Shown: positions 25,190 through 37,258, counted from the stretch's first letter. The stretch: 64,000 nt of DNA from Isosphaeraceae bacterium (GCA_025356435.1 JANXSY010000233.1:7-64006); one strand, 5' to 3'. The notes: generated by a model from the sequence alone, not told the origin. Numbers and translations: made by a program.

Positions 25190-25290
25190 CCATGTCCTCC
25201 CGGGTAAATTCAGGGGTTTTTACATCGGACGCGACGCGACGTAAAGGCGGATTCGCGATCGGCCTTGCATTTCCCCTTCGAACGCGAGGA

Positions 25291-25326
25291 GGGCCGTGTA
25301 CAGGGATCGATCCCCGTACACGGCCC
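25291..25326 (-). terminator. long palindromic hairpin just downstream of rne
   Basis: GGGCCGTGTAC...GTACACGGCCC is a perfect 11-bp stem extended by GGG/CCC, about 25 nt after the rne stop. There is no clear U-tract. Confidence 0.45.
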
Positions 25327-25351
25327 TTGATGTTGATCAGACCCTTTTACC

Positions 25352-28300
25352 TCAACGTCCCCTGCGCGGCGGTGCTGCCGGCTGGGGGATGAGGCGGATC
25401 TCGTTGTTGTTGGCGTCGAAGCAATCGATCTGGAGATGCTCCGGCGGGGCTTCGTCCTCGTGGCGGATGTGGATGGTCATGTTGGCCTCCACCTCGAAGC
25501 GGGTCAGGTCGCTGCGCTTGCGGTTGTTGAGATAGTTGGCGACAGCGAGGCAGACGCCGATGTTCACGCGGCGGACGTCGGCACGGTTTGACGCGAGCGC
25601 GAGCAACCTCATGACGTCGATCGACATGCTTTCAACCGTCTTCACCTGACCCATCCCGGCGCAGTGCGTGCAGTCTTCGTAGACCGAACGCTTGAGGCTG
25701 GGCCGGATGCGTTGGCGGGTCATCTCGATGAGGCCAAACTGGCTCATCCTGAGGACCTTGGTGCGGGCGCGATCTCGCTTGATCGCGTCGCGGATGGCCT
25801 TCTCGACGCCTCGGCGGTTCTTCTCGTCCCGCATGTCGATGAAGTCGTTGACGATCACGCCGCCGAGGTCGCGGAGCCTGAGCTGGCGGGCGATCTCCTT
25901 CGCGGCGCGGAGGTTCATCTCATAGGCGGTGCGCTCGGGATCGTTCTCGAACCGGAAGTTGCCCGAGTTCACGTCGATCGCGACGAGGGCCTCGGTCTGG
26001 TCGATGACGATTGAGCCGCCTTCGGGAAGGTCGACCCGCCTGCGCTGGATCTTGGCGATCTCGTCTTCGATGCCGTACTTGTGGAAGAGCGGCACCTTTT
26101 CGTCGTAGAGCTTGAGCCGGTTGACGAACCGGGGCATCACGACGCGGAGGAACTCCTGAGCCCGTTCGAAGGCGGCGGGCTCGTCGATCCAGATCGTGTC
26201 GATCTCGGCGGTGAAGATGTCGCGGATGGTCCGCGTAATCATGTCCGACTCTTGATAGATCGGCGTCGGGCCCTTGGCCACTTTGATCCGGCGGAGAATC
26301 ACCTTCCAGAGCCGGAGCAGGTAGGCAAGGTCTCGGGCGAGGTCGCGCTTCGAGCGGTCAAGCCCAGCGGTCCTGACGATGAATCCGAGCCCCTTGGGGG
26401 GGTTCAGGTCGGTCATGATCTCGCGGAGCTTCCTGCGCTGACCCTCGTCGGCGATCTTGCGGGAGACGCCGACCCGGTTCAGCCCAGGCATCAGGACGAG
26501 ATAGCGACCGGGGATGCTGATGTAGGTCGAGAGGGTCGGACCTTTGGTGCCGATGCTCTCCTTGATGACCTGGACGAGGACTTCGTCGCCCCGGCGGAAG
26601 ATGTCCTGAAGCGGGGGCTTGACCGTGCCACGGCCTCGGGGCGACTTGCCACCTCGGCCGCCGTCGGCCTCGGAGTCGTCGCCGCGACGGGGTCGCGCTT
26701 CGACCGGCCCTCGCAGGCCCATCTCGCGTTCGAGTTCGGCGATCTCCTCGATCTCTTTGCGGATTTCCTCTTCGAGCTCGGGGTCGATCTCGTCGTCGGG
26801 GTTCGGGGCGCCGCGCGTTGCGGAGGCCTCGTCGTCATCGAAGTCGTCTTCGTCGTCATCCTCGTCGTGGCGGGCCTCGTCGCCGAAGTCGAAGTCGTCG
26901 GCGTGCGGTCCCTCGTCGGTCAGCGGGGGGACCGATTCGTCGAGGTCGAGGTCGAGATCCAGGTCATCAGCCGGGGCCTTGGCCACGTCTCGCGTCGGGC
27001 GGTCCCCTTCGCGGCGACGGCGACGGCGGCGACGACGACGGGTACCCGCCGCGCGGTCGGCCTCAGACTCGGGCTCGTGCTCACTGTCGCCCGCCGCATC
27101 GAGGTCGTCGCCACGATCGTCGTCGACATCAGACCAGCTAGCCGGGCTGGGCTCGGGATCAAAGAGTGAATCGCCCGCCCGCATCCGGCGGGGGACATAT
27201 CCCTCTTCGCCTGCGCGGTCGGTCGGTCGGTTGGGCTCGCGGTCCCGGGTTGAACCGGGGGCCGGCCGCTCGGGCTCGACGGCCCGACGACGCTCGGGGG
27301 CCGAGGGCCGCTCGACGACGGGGGGCCGTTCGGCAGCGATCGGACGGGGTGCCTCGATCGGACGCGAACGTTCACGGGTCGGCTCGGCGACCCGCTCCTC
27401 GGCGACGGGGCGGAATCGTTCAGGCTCGCGCGGGGCGACCGGAGCTCGCGGGGCGACCGGCTCACGCGGGACCGACGGCTCACGCGGCGCTGCAAGCTCA
27501 CGCGGCGCTGACGCCTCACGATCGCCGCCTCGGCCGCGGATGGCGTCGCGTCCGCCTCGCCGGCGTGGGGCCTCGGGACGATCGGTGTGGGCCGGCTCGT
27601 GAGCGACCTCGTCGTGCAGGATCGGATCTACGGTCTCGGGCTCTGGCTGGAATCGGGCCTCGGCTTCGGGTCGAGGCGTACGGGCGGGCCTGCCGCCTCG
27701 GCCCCGGCGAGGCTCACGCTCTTGGACGTCAGCCGGTTCAGACACGGGCTCGCGGTCGCGGATTGGGGCAGGGGCCGCAGTCCGGGTGCGTGGGGCGTCT
27801 TCCCCTTCGATCGACCGGGAAGCAGGGACGGCGCGGGTGCGTGGGGCGTCTTCCCCTTCAATCGACCGGGAAGCGGGGACGGCGCGGGTGCGGACTTCGC
27901 GAACTTCGCTGACCGGCTCGGTCGGGCGGGGCGGGGGCATTGGTGCCCGCTGGCGATTCGTCCGGCTCGGCGGCAGGTCGATCTCGAACGGGTCGGCCGG
28001 GGGGCGTGAGACGCGAGCGCGAGGCTCGTCGACCGGCGTGGCAGACCTGACGGGCTCATACGCGTCGGGGAGCCGGGGGGCGCGGGCAGGCGGCTCGGGC
28101 GGCCTCGACGCGGGGGGAGCGACCTCGGAACGACGACGGGCCTGCGGCTCCTCACGCTCGAACCGCTCGGGCTCGGGCTGGCGGACGGGCGGCGGCTCGG
28201 CGGCTCGGGGCGGCGGTGGGCTGGGACGCCAGTCTTCCTGGTCGGCCAATCCTTCGCCAAACCGGCGTTCGGTGCGGTCGCGATGGCCCTTCTCAGATCG

Positions 28301-28723
28301 GTCGGGGCGTTCGGGGCGCGACGTCCGGTCGTCGGGATAGCTCGGCGGCGGGGGGAGCGGGTCGCGGTCTTCAGCCGACGCGGGGGGACGGGGACGACGG
28401 CCTCGATCGCCGCCTGAGGCCCGCTCTCGGTCTCGTCTCGGCTCGCGGGCGGGGGCTGCTTCCCCTTCGTCTCCGCCCTTACCGCGATAATACTGGGGCT
28501 CAACGTCGGAGACGTGGAGGAACCCGTTACGGCCGACGGAGAAGTCGACGAACGCAGCCTGGATCGCCGGTTCGAGGTTGACGACTTTGCCTTTGTAGAT
28601 GTTGCCGGTATAGCTCTCGTGGCTGGTTCGCTCGACGTAAAGCTCTTCGAGGATCCCATCTTCAAGGATGGCGATCCGGCACTCCTCCGGCTGGAGTACG
28701 TTGATCAACATTTCTTTTTTCAT
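25352..28723 (-). CDS. rne: ribonuclease E with an insertion of about 620 aa, low-complexity, inside the S1 domain
   Basis: ORF track 1123 aa. N-terminus MKKEMLINVLQPEECRIAILEDG...NIYKGKVVNLEPAIQAAFVDFSVGRNGFLHVSDV. The catalytic core resumes at IFRRGDEVLVQVIKESIGTKGPTLSTYISIPGRYLVLMPG. DNase-I-like VAIDVNSG. Zn-link CTHCAGMG. Confidence 0.95.
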   Translation of the reverse strand: MKKEMLINVLQPEECRIAILEDGILEELYVERTSHESYTGNIYKGKVVNLEPAIQAAFVDFSVGRNGFLHVSDVEPQYYRGKGGDEGEAAPAREPRRDRERASGGDRGRRPRPPASAEDRDPLPPPPSYPDDRTSRPERPDRSEKGHRDRTERRFGEGLADQEDWRPSPPPPRAAEPPPVRQPEPERFEREEPQARRRSEVAPPASRPPEPPARAPRLPDAYEPVRSATPVDEPRARVSRPPADPFEIDLPPSRTNRQRAPMPPPRPTEPVSEVREVRTRAVPASRSIEGEDAPRTRAVPASRSIEGEDAPRTRTAAPAPIRDREPVSEPADVQEREPRRGRGGRPARTPRPEAEARFQPEPETVDPILHDEVAHEPAHTDRPEAPRRRGGRDAIRGRGGDREASAPRELAAPREPSVPREPVAPRAPVAPREPERFRPVAEERVAEPTRERSRPIEAPRPIAAERPPVVERPSAPERRRAVEPERPAPGSTRDREPNRPTDRAGEEGYVPRRMRAGDSLFDPEPSPASWSDVDDDRGDDLDAAGDSEHEPESEADRAAGTRRRRRRRRRREGDRPTRDVAKAPADDLDLDLDLDESVPPLTDEGPHADDFDFGDEARHDEDDDEDDFDDDEASATRGAPNPDDEIDPELEEEIRKEIEEIAELEREMGLRGPVEARPRRGDDSEADGGRGGKSPRGRGTVKPPLQDIFRRGDEVLVQVIKESIGTKGPTLSTYISIPGRYLVLMPGLNRVGVSRKIADEGQRRKLREIMTDLNPPKGLGFIVRTAGLDRSKRDLARDLAYLLRLWKVILRRIKVAKGPTPIYQESDMITRTIRDIFTAEIDTIWIDEPAAFERAQEFLRVVMPRFVNRLKLYDEKVPLFHKYGIEDEIAKIQRRRVDLPEGGSIVIDQTEALVAIDVNSGNFRFENDPERTAYEMNLRAAKEIARQLRLRDLGGVIVNDFIDMRDEKNRRGVEKAIRDAIKRDRARTKVLRMSQFGLIEMTRQRIRPSLKRSVYEDCTHCAGMGQVKTVESMSIDVMRLLALASNRADVRRVNIGVCLAVANYLNNRKRSDLTRFEVEANMTIHIRHEDEAPPEHLQIDCFDANNNEIRLIPQPAAPPRRGR
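27784..27885. repeat. 51-bp direct tandem duplication inside rne
   Basis: Units 27784-27834 and 27835-27885 differ at 2 of 51 positions. They encode RAVPASRSIEGEDAPRT twice. Confidence 0.85.
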
Positions 28724-28892
28724 GCGCGCGTACTTTCTGACGCAGTCGTGGATGTGGCGATGGGTCGGTATAGCAGCATCCGGTCCCGAGGCGAGGAGAG
28801 TCGCGAAACCGCCAAGGCCCTCTCAGGGCGAGGCGCGGGGGGCCGGGGAGCCGAGGTCTTCGATCGGAGTCGCTTTTCGGGCGATGGGCGGT

Positions 28893-29543
28893 TCAAGAGG
28901 TCAGCTCCAGGTCGGTGCGAGCCAGGAACGAACCTTCGCGGAGCAGGTCGCTCAGGCCGAGGACGTCGACGACGTCCTCCGGACGGGCGGCGGCACCGCT
29001 GTTGGTCACCTTCAGGCGGAAGCGAAGGACACCTTCCGGGTCAATCGCCGCATCGAGCAGGAACGGACGGAGGTCAAGCTCAACGGTCTTGTCGGGCCGT
29101 CGGCGTGCATAAGGCCGGGTCTCGGCGGCGAGCAGTTCGGCCAGGGAAGCGTTTGCACCGGCGAGCCGGTCGGACGGAAGGGCAAGGCAGTACCAGACCG
29201 CGCCGGCCTGTGCGGCGCGGGGAGAAAAGCTTGGCTCGGCTTCGAGCCATTCGAGGCCCGGCGGTGAGGTCGCCGCCAGGCGAGAGAGGACCTCGGCCGG
29301 CTCCAACGGCTCGGTCAGGTCGATCTCTACCACTTCCCGACAGCCCTCGATCCCCAGTGCCAGCGACAGGGTGAACGTGACTTTCGGGCGAGGGTTGAAT
29401 CCTTGAGTCACCGCTACCGGGATCTCGGCGCGGCGTAACGCACGCTCCAGGCAGCGCACCAGATCATGGTGGCTGACAAGGCGAAGGTCGCCGCGTTTGG
29501 CGAATCGGAGGCGGATTTTCAAGATGGGGGCAGCTGCGGTCAT
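28893..29543 (-). CDS. DUF2344 (TIGR03936) radical-SAM-associated protein
   Basis: LKIRLRFAKRGDLRLVSHHDLVRCLERALRRAEIPVAVTQGFNPRPKVTF is the family signature. Start at the internal ATG 29541-29543. Confidence 0.85.
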   Translation of the reverse strand: MTAAAPILKIRLRFAKRGDLRLVSHHDLVRCLERALRRAEIPVAVTQGFNPRPKVTFTLSLALGIEGCREVVEIDLTEPLEPAEVLSRLAATSPPGLEWLEAEPSFSPRAAQAGAVWYCLALPSDRLAGANASLAELLAAETRPYARRRPDKTVELDLRPFLLDAAIDPEGVLRFRLKVTNSGAAARPEDVVDVLGLSDLLREGSFLARTDLELTS

Positions 29544-29840
29544 TGCGGCGCGTCGGACCCGTCCGGGGGTCCGTTCCGGCCCGGCCACGCGATACGACGA
29601 CGCCGACCTGGCGGCCATATGGCCAGGGTCGATGCGCGGTCGATGAGCGAGGCGAGGGTGGTTCCTGGTGTCAGTCCGTGTGTCGTCGGATCTTCCGGGC
29701 GGGCCGGGCTACGAGCCTCAGCATCGCCATTGTCTCGGTCGATTTCGGTGTTGCTTGTCCGGTGTCGAGGTGATCGGGCGCGATGGCCGGTCGTCCGGCG
29801 ATCGTCTCTTCCTTTGTTTTCGCGGAAACGGAGCGTCGCG

Positions 29841-31625
29841 TCAACGGGTCGGTGCCGAGCATTGTCCGGGCGGGCCATCGGGGAGGGTCAGCTCGAGCGC
29901 CGCACGGAGCATTGTCACGACGGCACAGGCCGAGTCGAGCCCCAGCGCTTCGGCGGCCAGCGAACGGGCCTGGTCGAGCCGGACGGCGCGGATCACCCGC
30001 TTCATCTCGGGGAGTTGGTGTGGCGGCATACTGAGGTTGCGGACCCCCAGGCCGAGGAGCAGGAGGGCGTGGAGCGGCTCGCCCCCCATCGTCCCGCAGA
30101 CGGTGACCTCAATGCCCCGGGCGTCGGCGGCGGAGACGACCATCTTGATCAGGCGGAGCACAGCGGGGTCGGCCGCGTTGTAGAGGTCGGCCACCGCCTC
30201 GTTTGTGCGGTCGACAGCGAGCGTGTACTGGATCAGGTCGTTGGTGCCGATCGAGAAGAAGTCAACTTCCTTCGCGAGCTTGTCGGCCATGATCGCGGCG
30301 GCGGGCACCTCGATCATCGCGCCGACGGGGAGGTTGGATCGGACGGAGTGCCCTTCGGCCAGGAGTTCGCCGGTGACTTCCGCGAGCAGCCGCCGCGCGG
30401 CCCGCAGCTCGTCGAGGCTTGTGACCAGGGGAAACATCAGGCGGACGTCACCCGACGCGGCGGCCCGGAGGATGGCGCGGAGCTGGGTACGGAACAGGGC
30501 GGGCTCGCGGAGTGAAAGCCGCAGGCTCCGCAGGCCGAGCACCGGGTTGGCCTCGACAAGTCCCCGACCCTGGTACGACGGCAGCTTGTCGGCCCCGAGG
30601 TCGAGGGTGCGGATCGTGATCGGCTGCCCCTTGAGCGAGCGGACGACTGTCGCATACGCCTCGTATTGCTCGTCTTCCGTCGGCGGTCGATCGGCGTTGA
30701 GGAAGAGGAACTCGGTGCGGTAGAGCCCGACGCCAATCGCGCCCCGCTCCAGGCAGGGGGAGACTTCGGCCGGGAACTCGATGTTGCCCCAGAGCCCGAC
30801 GTTGCAGCCGTCGAGCGTGACGGCCGGCAGTGTAGCGAGGTTGGTCAATCCCTGGAATCGCGCGACGCGCTCGGCGGCGAGACGGCGATAGCGGTCGAGG
30901 GTCGGCTCGTCGGGGTCGAGGATCACGAGGCCGTCGTCGCCGTCGATGATCACCGCCAGGGCGTCGCGTGCCTGGTCGAGGAACCGGCCGAGGCCGACGA
31001 CAGCGGGGATCTCCAACGCCTCAGCGACAATGGCGGTGTGGCTGGCCCGGCCCCCCGCCTCGGTGGCAAAGCCGAGCACCAACGCGGGGTCGAGGCCGGC
31101 GGTCTCGCTCGGCGAGAGGTCGGCCGCGAGGACGATGATCGGCGTGTCCGAATCGACCGTGCCGCCGGTCGGGCTCGGGGCGTCGTCGGCGGGCTGGAAG
31201 TGGCCGAGAATCCGGCGTTGGATGTCGCGGACATCGGCGGCGCGGGCGGCGAGGTGGGGGTCGGGCATCGCTTCGAGCCGCGACGCATAGGCGTCAAGCA
31301 CCTCGGCGACAGCCTGTTCCGCGTTGACCCGCTCGCGTTCGATCCTGGCCCGCGAGTCGCGGAGCAGTGAGGGGTCGGCGATCATCCTGGCGTGGGCCCC
31401 GAAGATGTCGGCATATTGCGGACCCAGGCGGAGACGAGCCTCGGACTCGGCGGCTTCGGCGTCGACCTTGGCGAGGCAGATGGCGAGGTCGAGCCGCTGG
31501 AATTCGCCGGGCACACCCTCGGCAGTGATCGAGCGGCGCGGGGCGGAGACCCGGCGGAGGTCGATTACCATCGCCGGGCCGATCGCGATGCCAGGGCTGA
31601 CGGCGATCCCTCGTAGGGTTTTCAT
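29841..31625 (-). CDS. ptsI: phosphoenolpyruvate-protein phosphotransferase (PTS enzyme I, no GAF domain)
   Basis: [22 protein letters not shown]...[21 protein letters not shown] (active-site His region)...[15 protein letters not shown]. Start at the internal ATG 31623-31625. Confidence 0.95.
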   Translation of the reverse strand: MKTLRGIAVSPGIAIGPAMVIDLRRVSAPRRSITAEGVPGEFQRLDLAICLAKVDAEAAESEARLRLGPQYADIFGAHARMIADPSLLRDSRARIERERVNAEQAVAEVLDAYASRLEAMPDPHLAARAADVRDIQRRILGHFQPADDAPSPTGGTVDSDTPIIVLAADLSPSETAGLDPALVLGFATEAGGRASHTAIVAEALEIPAVVGLGRFLDQARDALAVIIDGDDGLVILDPDEPTLDRYRRLAAERVARFQGLTNLATLPAVTLDGCNVGLWGNIEFPAEVSPCLERGAIGVGLYRTEFLFLNADRPPTEDEQYEAYATVVRSLKGQPITIRTLDLGADKLPSYQGRGLVEANPVLGLRSLRLSLREPALFRTQLRAILRAAASGDVRLMFPLVTSLDELRAARRLLAEVTGELLAEGHSVRSNLPVGAMIEVPAAAIMADKLAKEVDFFSIGTNDLIQYTLAVDRTNEAVADLYNAADPAVLRLIKMVVSAADARGIEVTVCGTMGGEPLHALLLLGLGVRNLSMPPHQLPEMKRVIRAVRLDQARSLAAEALGLDSACAVVTMLRAALELTLPDGPPGQCSAPTR

Positions 31626-31726
31626 CGTGGTGGATACGGCCGGAATCGGGACTCTGCCGGATGGGTTGGGAACCGCCTCGGATTGGCCGCGGTCAGGCCG
31701 GGTTCGGCGTCGGTCCCCGGGGGACT

Positions 31727-32062
31727 TCAAGACTCTTGCTCGACGCTGTCGCCGTCGTCGTCTTCGTAGAATCTCGCGAAAGCGAGGGCGACGAGGGCCG
31801 TGACGGCTTGCTCGGCGTCGGGGCCTCGGGCTTCGACTTCGAGGACGGTGCCTTGCTCGGCGGCAAGCATCGCGAGAGAGAGGATACTCTTTCCGTCGAC
31901 CTCTTCGCCGTGATTCTCTTGCCCATTGCGATAGACCCGGATTTCGGATTGAAATTCGGAAGCGAGCTTCACGAACTTCGCGGCCGGGCGCAGGTGCAGC
32001 CCCAGCGCGTTGAGGATCTCAATCGGGCGGCGGGCGAAGCGCGTGTCGTCCTGGCTCATCAT
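31727..32062 (-). CDS. ptsH: HPr-family phosphocarrier protein with acidic C-terminal tail
   Basis: [16 protein letters not shown] (His15 region) and [11 protein letters not shown] (Ser46 region). Start MMSQD at 32060-32062. The tail is [13 protein letters not shown]. Confidence 0.9.
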   Translation of the reverse strand: MMSQDDTRFARRPIEILNALGLHLRPAAKFVKLASEFQSEIRVYRNGQENHGEEVDGKSILSLAMLAAEQGTVLEVEARGPDAEQAVTALVALAFARFYEDDDGDSVEQES

Positions 32063-32187
32063 CGGCTCGGTCGGCCTTGGGGCGGGAGACGGGGAGTGGG
32101 GGGAATGACTCGCACTACCGTCGCTTTCGCGTGGAATCACCTGGCCGCCTCCGCCGTCGCGCTCGCCGACGGCGGGGCGATCTCGGT

Positions 32188-32670
32188 TCAATGGGTTCCC
32201 TTGTCGGCCTCGTCGAGCACGTCGACGACCTGCTCGCGGGTCTTCGCCTGCCGGAGGAAGCTGACGAACCGGTCATCCTTCAGGTGCCGCGAGATGTTTT
32301 CGAGGGCCCTGAGGTGGTCGCCCGGCTGGTTGGGCGGGGAGATAAGCAGGAAGAAGATATTGACGGGGTCGCCGTCGAGCGCGGCGAAGTCCACCCCTTT
32401 TTTCGAGAGGGCAACCGTGCCGACGAGCCGGCTCACAGTTGGGTGCCGGGTGTGCGGCACGGCGACTCCCTGGCCGATGCCGGTCGAGCCGAGTTCCTCG
32501 CGGCCGAGGATTGCCCGGATCACGCTCTCGAGGTCAGCCTCGCCGAGCTGCCCGGAGGCGTGGAGGCTGCCGACGATCTCACGGATCGCCTCCTCTTTCC
32601 CGGTCGCCTTGAGTTCGACAACGATCGCGTCGCGGACCACGAAATCCGAAAGCTTCATCCGGTTCTCCAT
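32188..32670 (-). CDS. ptsN: PTS IIA-Ntr-type protein (PtsN-like)
   Basis: MKLSDFVVRDAIVVELKATGKEEAIREIV...GSTGIGQGVAVPHTRHP (phospho-His motif). The start is either MENRM (32670) or MKLS (32658). Confidence 0.9.
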   Translation of the reverse strand: MENRMKLSDFVVRDAIVVELKATGKEEAIREIVGSLHASGQLGEADLESVIRAILGREELGSTGIGQGVAVPHTRHPTVSRLVGTVALSKKGVDFAALDGDPVNIFFLLISPPNQPGDHLRALENISRHLKDDRFVSFLRQAKTREQVVDVLDEADKGTH

Positions 32671-32794
32671 CGTCGCGCCACCGGGCACTCGGGCCGCGAC
32701 TCAATCGTCGCGGCGGGGCCACGGGGCTGGCTGCGTTTCAAAGCGTCTGGACCGCTTGGCCGGGAGAGGGCCAAACAAGACGCCGGCCGACTCA

Positions 32795-33136
32795 TCAGTC
32801 CGACTTGATCACTTCATCCGCGATCGCGTGGATCGACGGGTCGCCCTTATGGTCTTGGACCCGTTCCTTGTAACGGCGGAGCTGGTGCTCGATCTTGTGG
32901 ACGCAGAGGTCCATAGCCGTCTGGGGATTGGGACCTTCCTCTTTGGCGACAAAGTCGTGCTTATGCTCGGCGGAGACGAGGATTTCAACTTCCCAGGCGT
33001 GCTTGATGTGATCAACCGCCACCTCGATCGCCATGATCCGGCCGAAGTACTTTAGTAGCTTCTCGGCTTTATCATGGATGTAGGTGTGCTGCTCTGGAGC
33101 CAGTTCACCGTGGCGGGTCGAGACCTCGATATGCAC
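32795..33136 (-). CDS. hpf: ribosome hibernation promoting factor (short HPF/RaiA type)
   Basis: (V)HIEVSTRHGELAPEQHTYIHDKAEKLLKYFGRIMAIEVAV...KIEHQLRRYKERV. GTG at 33134-33136 is preceded by AAGGAG. Confidence 0.9.
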   Translation of the reverse strand: MHIEVSTRHGELAPEQHTYIHDKAEKLLKYFGRIMAIEVAVDHIKHAWEVEILVSAEHKHDFVAKEEGPNPQTAMDLCVHKIEHQLRRYKERVQDHKGDPSIHAIADEVIKSD

Positions 33137-33372
33137 CGTCAACTCCTTGCCTAAGCATGCCGCCGTCCCGGACTTCTCCGGGCGACTCTGACAGACTAAC
33201 GACCGTCCGTCGCTCTGGTCAAGGGGGAGCCACCGGCCCATAACCGCGATTGCTCGGGGGGCTGGCAGGGGCTTTCGCTGGACTTGGAATTGCCGTATCT
33301 TCTCCCGGCCTCACGTTTCCCCGGACGCGTACCCATTCCGCCTCATCGCCACAAGCCCGGAGGTCATGCTCC

Positions 33373-35046
<1,674 letters not shown>

Positions 35047-35187
35047 CGGCGTTGATATTGCTTCGCGAGGGGCTGTTCCCGGGAATGGAATTTGCCCTGG
35101 GAATCCCCGCGCGCTGCCCATATCATTTTAGGTTCATGAGTCAAAGCGCGGAGACCGATAAGACGCTCACCGAACTCGCCGAGAGCG

Positions 35188-35679
35188 TCATCCGGCCGGC
35201 GTGTCGAGGTCGATGACCAGTTCTCCGTCTCTCTTCACCTCGCGGACGATGGGAGACGAGTCGAATCCGTATCGGTCTTTGAGCGTGTCGTCCTCGCGAT
35301 CGGGACCTTTCTTCTTGCGCTTCGGATTGCCCAGGTCGAATGCTTCCCGCTTGATCTTCTGGGTGACGGCCACGCGGTATTTTCCCGGAGGGATGCCAGC
35401 TCCGTCGGAACCCGGGACGTTGAATGTCCCTTCGGCCAGGTCGTATTCAGCCCGGTACTGATCGCCGACGTGGGCCTGCTTGTCGGGGCCTTCGAGCATC
35501 ACGAAAGTGATGCCGACGAGTTGGTCGGTCGGGGGGACGTATTTCGCTCCCCCCTTCTGGAGCTTGCCATAGACTCGCAGGGTATTGCCCGATCTACCGC
35601 AACCCGAGAAGAAGCAGGATGTGGCGATCGGGATAATCAGGGCGAGTGCAAGCCTATAGCGCCGTATTGGAAGGGGCAT
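35188..35679 (-). CDS. lipoprotein (hypothetical; the usual small partner downstream of DUF1559 genes)
   Basis: MPLPIRRYRLALALIIPIATSCFFSGCG has a lipobox. Start at ATG 35677-35679. Confidence 0.7.
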   Translation of the reverse strand: MPLPIRRYRLALALIIPIATSCFFSGCGRSGNTLRVYGKLQKGGAKYVPPTDQLVGITFVMLEGPDKQAHVGDQYRAEYDLAEGTFNVPGSDGAGIPPGKYRVAVTQKIKREAFDLGNPKRKKKGPDREDDTLKDRYGFDSSPIVREVKRDGELVIDLDTPAG

Positions 35680-35758
35680 AAATCCTCGGTGTCTGGAGGG
35701 GCCAGGGCCGACCACTGCGGGACGGTGATCGGCCCTGGCGAGTTGTCGTCGGGGGGGA

Positions 35759-36940
35759 TCAGTACTGGTCAGAGCTCATGACCGTGCCGTCTTTCCGGAC
35801 CAGGAGATTGAACCAGACGCGCTGGGAGACGGAGTCCTTGATGAACCTGACGCTGCCGTCGCCGAACCCGACGTTCACTCCACCGGCGTGGAGGCTGCGA
35901 GATTGCCCGCCGCTGTTGAAGTTGCCGCCGCTGCAGTTGAATCCCATGCCCTGTTGTGCGGCCTTGGGATAGAGCATGCCCATCACGTCTCCGGCCTGCA
36001 TCTCGTCGCCACCGTCGTTGCAGTTTCCGGGGGGCAGGCCCAACTTATTGTTGGGGGTCGGGTTGTAATTCTTGGCGTGACCGGCAAGGCTCGCCGAACC
36101 GAGGCCGATCGCCCAGGTTCCGCGGATGTCCATCGACCCGAGACCGACTCGCAACTCGGCGATCGCAGCGGTATTCGACAGGCCGTCGGTGACACCCGCG
36201 ATCGTCGTCCCAAAATTGAGGGACATCATCCCGCTCTTCGACACGCCCGGGAACGGCAGGTAGGGGTGTCCGCTCGAACTCACGAGCCCATCGACCCCGT
36301 TCATGACGTGGTCGGGGTCGGTCGCTCCCTGAACGGCACCGTAATTCCCCCGCGCCCAGTTGGTCAGGATGGCACCGGTCCGCTGATCTTTGGGTGCATA
36401 TTGTGGGTAGTTGGATGCGTCGCTCGGGGTGCAGAAGAACTTGTCCGCACCGTTATTCGGGTCGGTCGGGCAGACGAAGACGTTGACCCGGGTCGAGCGG
36501 ACGGTCGCATTCGCCCAGTCCATGTTGTACATCGACGCGTTCGGGGCGCTGCTCGCTCCGGGGACCGAGTAGGGACCGGCCCATCCGGGATAACCGAGGA
36601 CGTTCGAGGCGTTGTAGAGGGCCTGCTGCTCGATGAACGGCAGGATCATGATGGCCCAGTTCGGCCCGAACGGCTCGGTCTGGTCGCTCCCCAGCGAGTC
36701 GGAGCCCGTGATCTGGTCCAGCCCATTGAGAAAGGGCTGATTGACGCCCTTCGGGAAGGCCCCGTTGGCCGACTCGAAGTTGTGCAATCCCAAGAGGAGT
36801 TGCTTCATGTTGTTAACACACTGCGAGCGGCGGGCAGCCTCGCGAGCGGCCTGGACTGCGGGCAAAAGCAGGGCGATCAGCACGGCGATGATTGCGATCA
36901 CGACCAGGAGTTCAATGAGGGTAAACGCACGACGACGCAT
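35759..36940 (-). CDS. DUF1559 domain protein with prepilin-type N-terminal methylation motif
   Basis: [48 protein letters not shown], and near the C-terminus [19 protein letters not shown] (the H-X9-DG motif). Confidence 0.95.
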   Translation of the reverse strand: MRRRAFTLIELLVVIAIIAVLIALLLPAVQAAREAARRSQCVNNMKQLLLGLHNFESANGAFPKGVNQPFLNGLDQITGSDSLGSDQTEPFGPNWAIMILPFIEQQALYNASNVLGYPGWAGPYSVPGASSAPNASMYNMDWANATVRSTRVNVFVCPTDPNNGADKFFCTPSDASNYPQYAPKDQRTGAILTNWARGNYGAVQGATDPDHVMNGVDGLVSSSGHPYLPFPGVSKSGMMSLNFGTTIAGVTDGLSNTAAIAELRVGLGSMDIRGTWAIGLGSASLAGHAKNYNPTPNNKLGLPPGNCNDGGDEMQAGDVMGMLYPKAAQQGMGFNCSGGNFNSGGQSRSLHAGGVNVGFGDGSVRFIKDSVSQRVWFNLLVRKDGTVMSSDQY

Positions 36941-37258
36941 AAATGCCTCTTGAGAGGGAAGGGCCGGGAAAAATCATGGCTCCGTGAAGGTATACGCGGC
37001 CCCGCGCCAGTGTCGAACAAAGATATAGTGAAGATTTTATGACGGAGGCGTCATGTCCATCCTGGGTTCCAGAAACGAGGCGTGACCTGGCGTGTGTCGT
37101 GACGATTATGCGCATGCTTGTGCGTGCATGCGTTGCTCTGTCGTTTCGAAGTCGGCAATTCCTCCGGAAATTTGATGACATTGCTCACTGGTCCCACGAT
37201 CATGGACGATATCTGGCAATGCTCGCGGTCGAATCCGCACGTTTTCACGGGGGTCGTT

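Noticed and set aside
26081-28665. Several ORFs of 180-360 aa on both strands inside the RNase E gene
   Set aside because: They are alternative frames of the low-complexity Arg/Pro/Glu insert. Only the 1123-aa frame connects the conserved RNase E N- and C-terminal blocks.
31661-33055. 464-aa plus-strand ORF
   Set aside because: It is antisense to HPr, ptsN and hpf, all of which have clear family motifs. It has no recognisable domain.
35188-36940. DUF1559 plus small lipoprotein pair as a candidate novel system
   Set aside because: As far as I know, this pairing is very common in planctomycetal genomes. Nothing about this copy stands out.
37105-37140. Cluster of GCATGC palindromes (ATGCGCATGCTTGTGCGTGCATGCG) in the divergent region between the DUF1559 and WD40 genes
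   Set aside because: It may be an operator, but there is no regulator nearby to assign and no second copy in the window. I could not distinguish it from chance palindromes.
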